Of a stretch of DNA of 29,051 nucleotides, positions 1-8,760 are shown piece by piece. This DNA is from Candidatus Thorarchaeota archaeon (GTDB lineage Archaea > Asgardarchaeota > Thorarchaeia > Thorarchaeales > Thorarchaeaceae). How positions within the stretch are numbered: position 1 is the stretch's first letter; every line of letters starts with the position of its first letter. The notes beneath the pieces are model-generated. The model was not told the DNA's origin. It did no database searches and saw nothing but the letters and a program-made list of their open reading frames with translations. The stretch is taken from contig JBHLRZ010000035.1 in NCBI GenBank assembly GCA_048882045.1, positions 1 through 29,051 on the forward strand, given 5' to 3'. A program made the position numbers and the translations under genes.

Positions 1-1736
1 TACCCCATATCAATAAGACCAGAGCCAGTCTCAGTGGCTGTAAGAGTGACGAGAAGACCCACTCCAGGAACAGGCTCTATGTCCAGCTTGATAACAGGCG
101 GAGTCTTGTCAACCTGATATTGTCGCGTCTTTGTATCCTCCCTGTTCCCTGTAGTGTCTGTCGAGTTGAATGAGATTATTACATTGCCCTCTAGTTCTAC
201 CATGAATGGTCCACTGTACATCATCCAAGGATCATCATTGACCTGGTATGCTGTAGTAGCAGCCTCATTAACTGTGAGAGTAACAGTGACATCAGAAACA
301 TACCAATTGTTCGCTCCCAAGGTACCGGAGAGAGTAATGGTTGTTTCTGGAGAAGTCACATCGATGATTGTAACAGTATCAGATAGTGTACTGGTTTCTT
401 GATCTTGAGGGCCAGTGTCAAAGTCCGCATTCGCAGAGGTCACTGTGATTGTGTGATCTCCTGCAGTTCCAGGAACAGAATAAATCCCTGGTGCAGTCCC
501 CACTGAGATCCCATCGACCTCAACCAAGACTGATTGAATGCCACTCTCCGGGTCATAGACTAATACATCCCAAGTCCCTGGATTGGCATCTGTGGAATCA
601 CCTGTATATGCGATCGAAATGACTGGACCAGTCCGGTCGTCGTCTGGAATGACATCTATCGTCACTGTGGCTATGTTGCTCACATCCTCAGCATCAATCG
701 CTTTGTAGGTGAATGAGTCCATTCCTGCAGTATCTGGATATGGTATATAGTTGAAACTTCCATCAGGGAGAAGAGTGAGAGTTCCGAATGATGGACCAGT
801 TTCCAACACAGCCTCCAGTGGATCGCCTTCAGCATCATAGTCATTTGCCAAGACACCTGGCTGTGACACTGTAAGTGGAGTGTCCTCGTCTGCTGTATAG
901 TAGTCATCCTCAGCGACTGGAGGTGAATTGATCTCGTCTAGATACCCTAAACCGATTAGTCCCTTCGCATAATGATCCTGAATCATGATCAGGTCCAAAG
1001 TATAGTCGTATATTGCAACTTCATCAATCAAACCTATGAGAGGTCCAGGATCTGGATCAAAAAGGTCCTGACCGATGAAAACTTGTCCAGGATTACTGAC
1101 AAATTCAGCTGGGAATGTCTGAGAATCCTCTTGACCATCAATATAGAACCAAACTCTGCTCGCGGACCTACGAAATACAACTGCAACATGATGCCATTGA
1201 TTGGGAGTAACGGTGAATGTCGGAGAAGACAATACCTGTTTGGAGGTTCCAAGTTGTTGTTCAAAGAATAGTTGGCCGTCCTGAACTGCGAAGTGGTATT
1301 GAGTAATGGAAGGACTGTTAGAACGAACAATAATCGTGTGATGGCCAACAGTATTCTGGAGGTTCACCCAAGCTTCAATCGTGAAAATTTCTGGCAAATT
1401 GAGATAAGAACTAGGATCTATGATCTCAATGTATTGACCCGCGAGAAGTTCCAAACAGGTTCCAACTATTCCTGAAGTCCACATGGATCCTCCTAAAGTA
1501 TGACCATTGACCTGAGGTAAGGTGCTATCAAACACATCTACTCCACCTGCTTCATTCATTTGCCAGTACGCGATGGGAAAACGTGTAATGATATTTGCAG
1601 GACTTTCAGAATCAAATATTCGAATGTGCGATGGAGTAGTATCTGGATTGAATTCGGACTGAGAAACAGCGCCAAATAGTATGAAAGCTAGAATCAATGA
1701 TAAGGCATACAGGCTAATTTTTCTGTTTCTCTGCAA
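1..1736 (-). CDS. Secreted/cell-surface protein with LamG-like jellyroll, Big_9 (cadherin-like Ig) and further Ig-like domains; 3' end runs off the window
   Basis: Hand translation from TTG at 1736 is open to base 1: MQRNRKISLYALSLILAFILFGAVSQ (signal peptide), IAYWQMNE...FTIEAWVN...NQWHHVAVVF...FYIDG...GLIDEVAIYD (LamG), NSPPVAEDDYYTADEDTPLTV...GVLANDYDAEGD...DGSFNYIP...DSFTY (Big_9), DVTSPETT...NNWYVSDVTVTL...YSGPF...STDTTGNRE...DKTPP (Ig-like). Absent from the ORF track because it has no stop in the window. Confidence 0.9.
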   Translation of the reverse strand, partial: MQRNRKISLYALSLILAFILFGAVSQSEFNPDTTPSHIRIFDSESPANIITRFPIAYWQMNEAGGVDVFDSTLPQVNGHTLGGSMWTSGIVGTCLELLAGQYIEIIDPSSYLNLPEIFTIEAWVNLQNTVGHHTIIVRSNSPSITQYHFAVQDGQLFFEQQLGTSKQVLSSPTFTVTPNQWHHVAVVFRRSASRVWFYIDGQEDSQTFPAEFVSNPGQVFIGQDLFDPDPGPLIGLIDEVAIYDYTLDLIMIQDHYAKGLIGLGYLDEINSPPVAEDDYYTADEDTPLTVSQPGVLANDYDAEGDPLEAVLETGPSFGTLTLLPDGSFNYIPYPDTAGMDSFTYKAIDAEDVSNIATVTIDVIPDDDRTGPVISIAYTGDSTDANPGTWDVLVYDPESGIQSVLVEVDGISVGTAPGIYSVPGTAGDHTITVTSANADFDTGPQDQETSTLSDTVTIIDVTSPETTITLSGTLGANNWYVSDVTVTLTVNEAATTAYQVNDDPWMMYSGPFMVELEGNVIISFNSTDTTGNREDTKTRQYQVDKTPPVIKLDIEPVPGVGLLVTLTATETGSGLIDMG

Positions 1737-2009
1737 GAATTCTCTCTCTCCCGGTTGTGTCGCTCCCGCAGTAATATCAAAAATATGATTGAAAGAGTCT
1801 TATTAATTCTGGTTTTAAACGGGTTCTTGCCGGTTTTTGCTCGATTTTGTGGAAAAATAGTACAATCTCACCATTTTCGGTATCTAATGAAGATTGTTGG
1901 ATTTTGGACGTCTTCTTGGTGTCTGATGACAAAGACAGGAATTTGAAAAATGCACATTTCTGACATTTCATATATCAAGAGGTCAGTTTACAGTATGTAG
2001 TGAGTTTCG

Positions 2010-2954
2010 ATGCAGACCATAATGTCAGTATTCCCTATCATCGCAACAATAGTTGCAGCACTGTTTGCATTCCTATTATTGAAGCAATGGTTACGAAGGA
2101 GAAGAATCTATCAGCTCGTTTGGTTCATTTCACTCCTCCTTTTTGCATTGGCTGCTGGATTCGAGATGCTTTCAGAATTCGTTGGATGGAGTGTTAGTAT
2201 CTACCGAATCTACGTTGTTTTGTCAGCGTCACTGGTAGCAATCATGGGAGCAGGTGCCTTATACCTGATTCTCCAAAAGAACGTGTTCTCAACAAGAGGA
2301 CTTCTTGCCATTGATGGTATACTACTAGGGATAATGATATTCTTCTCATGGATGATGACACTGAGTTCAATAACTGATTACTCTGCAATGGTTTTCGGAG
2401 CTATGGATTACCCAATCGCAGGAGTGGGAGTATACGTCATTCTAATTCTAGTAGCATTTCTAGTAGGAAGAAATTGGGATGACAAGAGAAGAAAAATGCT
2501 CCACGGACATATTTACCTAATATACGTGGTTGTACTGACCCTCTGGATGGGGATGTACGCAGCAACTGCTGTTGTAACACCTGAAGACTTTGTTGCGGGT
2601 ATTGCAGTCGCAGGTCATGCGATGGCTCAACATGTTCGAAACTTTTCACCTCTACTGACAGTCACAGGATCATTCCTTCTAATTGGTGCAGCATTCTTCT
2701 CATTCTTGAAAACCAGGTTCAGATTCAACCTGTGGATTGCTCTCGGCGGTATAGCAATCGCTATCGCAGGAGCCATTGCTAGGACTGGAGCTGAATATGG
2801 GAATCTTCTCTATTTGGGAGAGGTTCTTGGTGTGATTTTTCTTTACAAGGGATTTGTGGATTCGGACAAGATTATCAAAGCAAGAGAGGAAAAGCTCAGT
2901 GGAGGAAAACAACCATCAACTCTTGAGCCTGATTCGTCTGAAGATAATGAATAG
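2010..2954 (+). CDS. Multi-pass integral membrane protein of unknown function (about 9 TM)
   Basis: 314-aa ORF of alternating hydrophobic helices, RRRR after TM1, GWSVSIYRIY loop, charged C-terminal tail. Confidence 0.8.
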   Translation: MQTIMSVFPIIATIVAALFAFLLLKQWLRRRRIYQLVWFISLLLFALAAGFEMLSEFVGWSVSIYRIYVVLSASLVAIMGAGALYLILQKNVFSTRGLLAIDGILLGIMIFFSWMMTLSSITDYSAMVFGAMDYPIAGVGVYVILILVAFLVGRNWDDKRRKMLHGHIYLIYVVVLTLWMGMYAATAVVTPEDFVAGIAVAGHAMAQHVRNFSPLLTVTGSFLLIGAAFFSFLKTRFRFNLWIALGGIAIAIAGAIARTGAEYGNLLYLGEVLGVIFLYKGFVDSDKIIKAREEKLSGGKQPSTLEPDSSEDNE

Positions 2955-2974
2955 TTAGAATGTAAATTGCAGAA

Positions 2975-3208
2975 TCAGATTGTATTTGTGAGTGCAACCT
3001 TCAAACGTTCTTTGAATCCTGGTCCATCCATCTCCAGTTTCTTACGTACCATCTTCCAAGCAGCTGCGCAGTTTGGATAGTCTACACTGAGCATATCATG
3101 GATCACCTTGTCAATCTCGTCTTGGTTCTCTTTTGTGATCTCTACTTCAATGTCTGCGAAAAGTTCCTTCATTCGTGAATTCTTAAAGTAGCATGTCATT
3201 TGCACCAT
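2975..3208 (-). CDS. Small Cys/His-containing hypothetical protein (paralog A of 6677..6898)
   Basis: MTCYF...IT.EN...DK.IH..L.V.Y.NC...WK pattern shared with 6677..6898; true start may be ATG at 3199. Confidence 0.8.
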   Translation of the reverse strand: MVQMTCYFKNSRMKELFADIEVEITKENQDEIDKVIHDMLSVDYPNCAAAWKMVRKKLEMDGPGFKERLKVALTNTI

Positions 3209-3265
3209 GGCAAGAGTTATGATTATTAATTGTTTTCAACACGTAGACTGCAATCCTTCAGTGGC

Positions 3266-4228
3266 CTAGTTTTCGCTGCAGAAATTCAAAATTACTTCAG
3301 CAAGTTCTTCTCCCTTATCCTCTTGGAGGAAGTGGCCAGCGTTCTTTATGGTGACATGCTCGCGGTTCTGTGCTCCAGGGATCATTTTCTGAAAGTACCT
3401 TTCACCTCCTCTGGTGATCGGGTCCTTGTCACTGAAGGCTGTGAGGAAAGGTTTCTTCCACCTAGTCAGAACATTATCCCAGACTTTTCGATTCTCAGAC
3501 AGCTGGGAGGGCACGAGGTATGGCATGATTCGTGTTCCCGCTTTGAATGATCCATCCGGAAAGGGAGCGTCATAGGCTTTCACAACTTCAGGGGAGAGAT
3601 TCGTTCTGGTTCCTGATTGTACAATGTCACCAATTTGAAGCTCAGGGACTGATTGTGAGTACGCAACCCATGTCATCAGATTTGTGTTCTTTCGGAACTC
3701 TTCTTGTGTGATCCCCCTCAAACGTCTGATTCTGAGCTTGAAGAGAGGGTATCCAATCATTGCTTTAATACCCCTTGCAGAAGGAAGACCAGTATTTGCG
3801 GCTATTATCCTGTCAAACCTCTCTGGATCCTCTCCAACCACACGGAGACCGATTAACCCGCCCCAATCTTGACAGAACAATGTGATGTTCTCGAGTTCCT
3901 GTCGTCGAACAAACTCCAACATTAGGTCAACGTGTTTCTGATGACTATGATCCTTTGTGCTGGATGGCTTGTCAGATTTTCCGAAACCCATGAGATCTGG
4001 AGCAACAACGCGATGCCCAGATTTAGCAAGAGGTGGTATCATCTTTCTGTAAAGATAGCTCCAGGATGGTTCTCCATGCATCAAGAGGACAGGGTTCGCC
4101 TCTTTCGGACCTTCATCGACATAATGAATACGTAGTCCTTTGATATCAACATAATTTGGTTCAAAATCATAATCGGGAAGATTATCAAATCTGTCTTCAG
4201 GAGTTCGGAGTATACCTTCTTTTGGCAT
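3266..4228 (-). CDS. dhmA: Haloalkane dehalogenase (alpha/beta hydrolase, HLD-I/DhmA-like)
   Basis: LRTPEDRF N-terminus, HGEPSWSYLYRKMI, PDLMGFGKSDKP, nucleophile elbow QDWGG, catalytic acid FSDKDP, catalytic base GHFLQED, AYDAPFPD. Confidence 0.9.
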   Translation of the reverse strand: MPKEGILRTPEDRFDNLPDYDFEPNYVDIKGLRIHYVDEGPKEANPVLLMHGEPSWSYLYRKMIPPLAKSGHRVVAPDLMGFGKSDKPSSTKDHSHQKHVDLMLEFVRRQELENITLFCQDWGGLIGLRVVGEDPERFDRIIAANTGLPSARGIKAMIGYPLFKLRIRRLRGITQEEFRKNTNLMTWVAYSQSVPELQIGDIVQSGTRTNLSPEVVKAYDAPFPDGSFKAGTRIMPYLVPSQLSENRKVWDNVLTRWKKPFLTAFSDKDPITRGGERYFQKMIPGAQNREHVTIKNAGHFLQEDKGEELAEVILNFCSEN

Positions 4229-4317
4229 ATCTATTCAATTCTGTCCCCATAAAATTAGTCTTGTGCAATAATGAATTGCCCTCTTCTTGATGAAAATGTA
4301 ATCAGTGCAATTTGATA

Positions 4318-4794
4318 TCATTCATGCCTCAAGAAAAGTCCTTGATCTACTCGGACAGTTTCGACCTCACCTGTTGCGCATTTCAAATCACCTGAGTAAA
4401 GCTCACAAGATACCCTGATTCGTTTCTCACTCATTTCTGTAACTCTAGCCCGAAGTGTTACAGGTTTGTCCATAGGAGTAGGTCGAAGATATTTAACGGA
4501 TATTCCAGCAGTGACATGCAAGAAATGTTCGTTAAAATCTGCAGTCGCCTTGTGAGCTGCTGCATTTGCAGTTCCAGTCCCATGACAATCAATTAGGGTT
4601 GCGATGATGCCACCATTTAGAATACCCGGGAATGCCATATGATACTCTTTTGGTTCCCATAGGGCTACAGTTTCTTCATCTTCCCAATGGCTCTTCAGCT
4701 GAAGACCATGCTCATTGTTTTTCCCACAACCCCAACAGAATGTTCCGCTTTCAGGCCAAAAATCTTGGATGTATTCCTTAGACATGATCATCAT
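4318..4794 (-). CDS. PaaI-family (hotdog fold) thioesterase
   Basis: CWGCGKNNEHGL, PGILNGGIIATLIDC, VTAGISVKYLRPTP. Confidence 0.88.
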   Translation of the reverse strand: MMIMSKEYIQDFWPESGTFCWGCGKNNEHGLQLKSHWEDEETVALWEPKEYHMAFPGILNGGIIATLIDCHGTGTANAAAHKATADFNEHFLHVTAGISVKYLRPTPMDKPVTLRARVTEMSEKRIRVSCELYSGDLKCATGEVETVRVDQGLFLRHE

Positions 4795-4858
4795 CTTTCT
4801 CGAGATACCGACATAGGATGGTATAATCCTAATTTAGTTTTGGAAATAGTTCTCGTCT

Positions 4859-5218
4859 ATGACAAGCCGAATCGTGGCTCCATGTGGTATCGTGTGCACA
4901 GATTGTCCAGCTTATCTAGCAACACAATCAAATGATTTAGAGAAACTACAGGATATTGCGGAAAGGTGGTCCAGCGAGAATCAGCAATATGGTGTAGAAG
5001 ATATTGTCTGTGACGGATGTCCTAGCGACCGTGTGCACACATTTTGTGCGGAATGTAAGGCGAGAGATTGCGCGATGCAAAAGGGACATCCTGTTTGCTC
5101 AGTCTGTTCGATATATCCATGTGACAAGTTGAACGAGGTCTGGATTTCGTTTACTGATACATCAGTCGACGATTGTCGCGCCACACTCGAACAAGAAAGA
5201 GATCGATTACTTTCTTAG
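4859..5218 (+). CDS. DUF3795-type Cys-rich metal-binding protein
   Basis: APCGIVCTDCPAY...CDGC...CAEC..RDC...CSVC..YPC Cys pattern. Confidence 0.85.
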   Translation: MTSRIVAPCGIVCTDCPAYLATQSNDLEKLQDIAERWSSENQQYGVEDIVCDGCPSDRVHTFCAECKARDCAMQKGHPVCSVCSIYPCDKLNEVWISFTDTSVDDCRATLEQERDRLLS

Positions 5219-5239
5219 CACGCACCCAATATTAGAGCA

Positions 5240-6130
5240 CTATTCACTAGTAAACTTGAGAGTAGAGCCAGATTTAATATCCTTGAAACTTTCACCAAAT
5301 GCAAGCATCAAAGCAGCGCGTCCACGGAGTCCAGTGCAGTGACAGGCAGCGAGCGTCTTGATTGAGTATTTGTTTAGACTCTCGATTGTCTTCTCTAGGC
5401 GTTTGTCTGAGGCGTTATGCAGATGTAGACCACCGATGATCCCAATTTTCGATTTTGACCCTGTAAGGTCGAATGCACGTTCTATGGTGTTCACGATACC
5501 AGAGTGACAACACCCTGTCAGAATAAGTAAAGAGTCATCCTTCAAGTGAAAGATAACGGAAAGATCATCCTCAATCAGATCAGGCATTCGTTTGTCATCT
5601 CTTACTGTTATGATTTTTTCAAGCACACCAGTAAGTACTTCAAAGTCATTTCTTCGAGGTGTAACCCCCGTGGTCATAATCCCATCAAATATTAAGTATG
5701 GTTCCACGGTTTCAATGATTTTCGTTCTTGCTGTAAGGGCAGACTTGTTGTAGTTACTGTGAATCCCAATTTCGTGTTCCTTTCCATCATCAGAGGGGTA
5801 TATTTTGTGCAATAGAGCATCAGGATGGCACAAGACCGGAACAGGTCTTCCAAGTTTCTCAATGAGCTTCAAAAGTCCAGCCGAGTGGTCATAATGCCCA
5901 TGACTTAGGATGATCATCTCGATTTGAGAAAGATCTCTTTCCATCACTTTGATGTTGTAGTCCAATGCAGGAGAGCCAGCACCTGAATCATAGAGAAATT
6001 TGAACTCGCTTGAGTCATCATAAGTGACAGTTACTAATGCTGAGAATCCATGTTCTCCGAGGAGATTGCTTTGACCAGCGTTATTGTCTACGAGAACCTG
6101 AATCTCAACCTCTGCAATTGCTCTTGTCAC
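5240..6130 (-). CDS. MBL-fold metallo-hydrolase (COG1237 / MJ0301-like)
   Basis: LVDN, GEHGFS, LYDSG, LSHGHYDH, EDDLS, TGCCHSGI, GGLHL, CHCTG; GTG at 6130 preferred over the ORF-track start at 6172. Confidence 0.88.
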   Translation of the reverse strand: MTRAIAEVEIQVLVDNNAGQSNLLGEHGFSALVTVTYDDSSEFKFLYDSGAGSPALDYNIKVMERDLSQIEMIILSHGHYDHSAGLLKLIEKLGRPVPVLCHPDALLHKIYPSDDGKEHEIGIHSNYNKSALTARTKIIETVEPYLIFDGIMTTGVTPRRNDFEVLTGVLEKIITVRDDKRMPDLIEDDLSVIFHLKDDSLLILTGCCHSGIVNTIERAFDLTGSKSKIGIIGGLHLHNASDKRLEKTIESLNKYSIKTLAACHCTGLRGRAALMLAFGESFKDIKSGSTLKFTSE

Positions 6131-6281
6131 CCTTCTTGCACCTCTTTTCCATTTTATACAGACATCTGACACCTAAATGGGTCATATGAATTTTGTATTG
6201 TCGCAGCTTGTTCTTATTTCTGAGCATTCAGTCGTGGCCTCTTCCGAAGCGGTTTTTATTGTTCATGCATGATAGTTAATC

Positions 6282-6680
6282 ATGAAAAAATCAGAAGAAG
6301 AATGGAAGATGGAACTGAACCCAGAGCAGTTCAAGGTCCTCAGGCAGTGTGGTACTGAAGCACCCTTTACAGGTAAGTATGTATACCACAAAGAGAAGGG
6401 GACCTATGTCTGCGCAGGATGTGGAAACGATCTCTTCAGTTCCGACACGAAATTCGAATCAGGCAGTGGCTGGCCCAGTTTCTGGGACCAGTTGTCAGAA
6501 GATGCTGTAGAGAGAAAGATCGACAATAGCCATGGAATGCACAGAATCGAAGTTGTATGCAAGAACTGTGGAGGACATCTTGGACATGTCTTCGATGATG
6601 GCCCCAATCCAACAGGACTCAGATACTGTATCAACTCATTGTCCCTGGACTTCAAGCCAAAGTCCGATGAGGGTGCCTAG
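6282..6680 (+). CDS. msrB: Peptide-methionine (R)-S-oxide reductase MsrB (Zn-binding, Cys form)
   Basis: [45 protein letters not shown]. Confidence 0.97.
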   Translation: MKKSEEEWKMELNPEQFKVLRQCGTEAPFTGKYVYHKEKGTYVCAGCGNDLFSSDTKFESGSGWPSFWDQLSEDAVERKIDNSHGMHRIEVVCKNCGGHLGHVFDDGPNPTGLRYCINSLSLDFKPKSDEGA

Positions 6681-6898
6681 AACTTTCCAAGAACGCCATC
6701 AAGAGATGTCATAAACGCGGACTCATCAGCGTCCTTGCGTTTCTTGATCTCTTTCCAAGTTGCAGAGCAGTTCTTATATTCCACACCAAGAAGCTTGTGA
6801 ATCGCTTTGTCTAAGTCACGTTTGTTGTCAGGTGTAATTACTACACCGAGCTCAGCAAAGATTCCGTTCATATGTCTGAAGTAGCATGTCATGATCAA
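6677..6898 (-). CDS. Small Cys/His-containing hypothetical protein (paralog B of 2975..3208)
   Basis: MTCYFRHM...[29 protein letters not shown]; convergent 4-nt overlap with msrB; true start may be ATG at 6892. Confidence 0.8.
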   Translation of the reverse strand: MIMTCYFRHMNGIFAELGVVITPDNKRDLDKAIHKLLGVEYKNCSATWKEIKKRKDADESAFMTSLDGVLGKF

Positions 6899-6992
6899 CT
6901 ACCATCCTAAGTAGTTATGAAGACAATCAATATTCCTATACTCTGGAAGTCCGAGTGAGCTTTACTTTACTTGTGGTTCAAGCAGTTTTGAT

Positions 6993-7919
6993 ATGTTGCA
7001 GCAAGCGAATTCGTTGAAAATCGGACGAGTGTCTTTCAGAGATATTATTCACAGAGAATCCTTCATTGAGATGATCAAAGAGCTGAAGCTAACACCGCCG
7101 GTTGTCATCAAACCCAACTGGGGATTTTCAGTTGTCTTTACTGAGGCGGACATTTTGGACTGGACGCTTGAAGCAATTGATGGTGATGCACTTGTGACTG
7201 AGAGCTATGGGTGGGCTCGTTGTCGGGAAGCTGTGGAAGAGAAAAAATACGGTCCCTTCAGTCGAGAAGCATTAAGAGAGTCAGACAAATGGTTCCTCCG
7301 ATATTCCGGTATTGACAGAGTTTTGAAGAAGCATGATGTTGAATATCTTAATGTCACTGAAGAAGTGTGGGCAGACAGAGTAGTGGAAGAAGCAACTATC
7401 AATGGAATCGTAGAAGACGCATACTCTCCCTTGCACCTGACTGAATTAGCATCATGCGTTCCTCAACGTCTGTATGACATGAGTGATGGCACGTTCCTCA
7501 ACCTATCGAAGCTCAAGTTCATGGGAGATGACATAGTCATCTCTTTGACTCTCAAAAACCTCTTCGGAATGATTCCAGGACCTGACAGGGGCAAGTTTCA
7601 TGGAGAGATGAACAAGGCGATGAATCCAAGTATAGTCGACATGAACAAAATCTACCGTTCACTATTCAAAACCAAGGGAGTTGTGGAGGGAGTTTTTACT
7701 GCTTCGAAAGGAATGACTCTTGACCCGCAAGTATTCAAAAATCGTGGACTGCTCTGGACCTGTGAAGACACTCTGGAGCTCGATGCTGTAGTGTCAGCAC
7801 ATGTCGGGATTGATCCAAATGAGGTTGGACATCTGAAACTAGCCGCGCAAAACTTTGGTGAATGGAACGAACACTCTGTTTCACAAGCGGCTGCACATAG
7901 TCTGCGTCATTTCACGTGA
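6993..7919 (+). CDS. DUF362 domain-containing protein
   Basis: VVIKPNW, VTES, NLSKLK, SLTLKNLFG, D.V.....GIDP..V.HL motifs. Confidence 0.8.
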   Translation: MLQQANSLKIGRVSFRDIIHRESFIEMIKELKLTPPVVIKPNWGFSVVFTEADILDWTLEAIDGDALVTESYGWARCREAVEEKKYGPFSREALRESDKWFLRYSGIDRVLKKHDVEYLNVTEEVWADRVVEEATINGIVEDAYSPLHLTELASCVPQRLYDMSDGTFLNLSKLKFMGDDIVISLTLKNLFGMIPGPDRGKFHGEMNKAMNPSIVDMNKIYRSLFKTKGVVEGVFTASKGMTLDPQVFKNRGLLWTCEDTLELDAVVSAHVGIDPNEVGHLKLAAQNFGEWNEHSVSQAAAHSLRHFT

Positions 7920-8646
7920 TGTCTTTCACAAAGCCTACAACAAGAAAGCCAGGTATCTCTCGTTTGTGAAGGAGTAACTGTTCATCCGTGATCGGTCGAC
8001 CTCTTGATACCTCTGTGATAATCTCTCGAAAGGCCACCATCTTAAGACCGACTGAAAAGGTCTTTTCAAAATAATATGAGAGGGGTCGATGATACGCCAC
8101 AACACCAGAGTCCCCGTATTTGTAATGAGGTTCGTCTTGGATTGACATGTAATGGCGCATCTTCAGAAAGTAGCCTTCTTTGTCTTTAAATCGCCGCGCA
8201 AAGAACAGTGGATGTGGAATGGCAAAGACAAGTCTTCCTCCTACTTTCAAGACTCGACCACATTCCTCGATTGTCCGATCTATCTCCTCGATATCATGGA
8301 ATCCAAAGGTAGATACGACGCAGTCAATGGATGTGTCAGAAATCTCAGACATGTCAGCAGAGTTGCAGTGAATATATTTCACACCCAAGGGTTCAGATGC
8401 CTCGGATGCTCGAGCAATCTCAAGCATCTTCTCAGAGATGTCAACACCTATGACCTCTGCGCCTTTCTTTACAAGTATTCTCGAGAGGTATCCCTGACCG
8501 CATGCGAGGTCCAAAATAGATAGACCCCGAACATCTCCAAGGATGTCAAAGATAACTGGGTTGACATATGTCCGATGATATGTGTCGCCTGTATCACCCA
8601 CAGTCTTGTGATAGTCCTCAGCGACCTCATTCCATGATGCTGGCAT
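7912..8646 (-). CDS. Class I SAM-dependent methyltransferase
   Basis: ILDLACGQG (motif I), GVDIS, RVLKVGGRLVFAIPHP, YHRPLS. Confidence 0.92.
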   Translation of the reverse strand: MPASWNEVAEDYHKTVGDTGDTYHRTYVNPVIFDILGDVRGLSILDLACGQGYLSRILVKKGAEVIGVDISEKMLEIARASEASEPLGVKYIHCNSADMSEISDTSIDCVVSTFGFHDIEEIDRTIEECGRVLKVGGRLVFAIPHPLFFARRFKDKEGYFLKMRHYMSIQDEPHYKYGDSGVVAYHRPLSYYFEKTFSVGLKMVAFREIITEVSRGRPITDEQLLLHKREIPGFLVVGFVKDIT

Positions 8647-8760
8647 GTTACTGACTCACCTCTGATAGCATATGTGAGTTCTGCTCAACTAAAGGTATGG
8701 TGCTAATATCTCCATTTTATTAAGGCTTGGAGTGATATATCAGAGTAGGGAGGTTTTCGT

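Noticed and set aside
154-1475. Short ORFs 154..402, 680..907, 972..1271, 1034..1348, 1272..1475
   Set aside because: Antisense or alternate-frame shadows of the long minus-strand LamG/Ig gene (1..1736)
1755-1971. Two overlapping ~63-aa ORFs in the divergent intergenic region
   Set aside because: No motifs, T-rich promoter-like composition; most likely non-coding
6282-6680. Possible selenocysteine MsrB or SECIS elements
   Set aside because: Catalytic residue is a normal Cys codon (RYCINS); no convincing in-frame TGA readthrough or SECIS core seen in the hairpins examined
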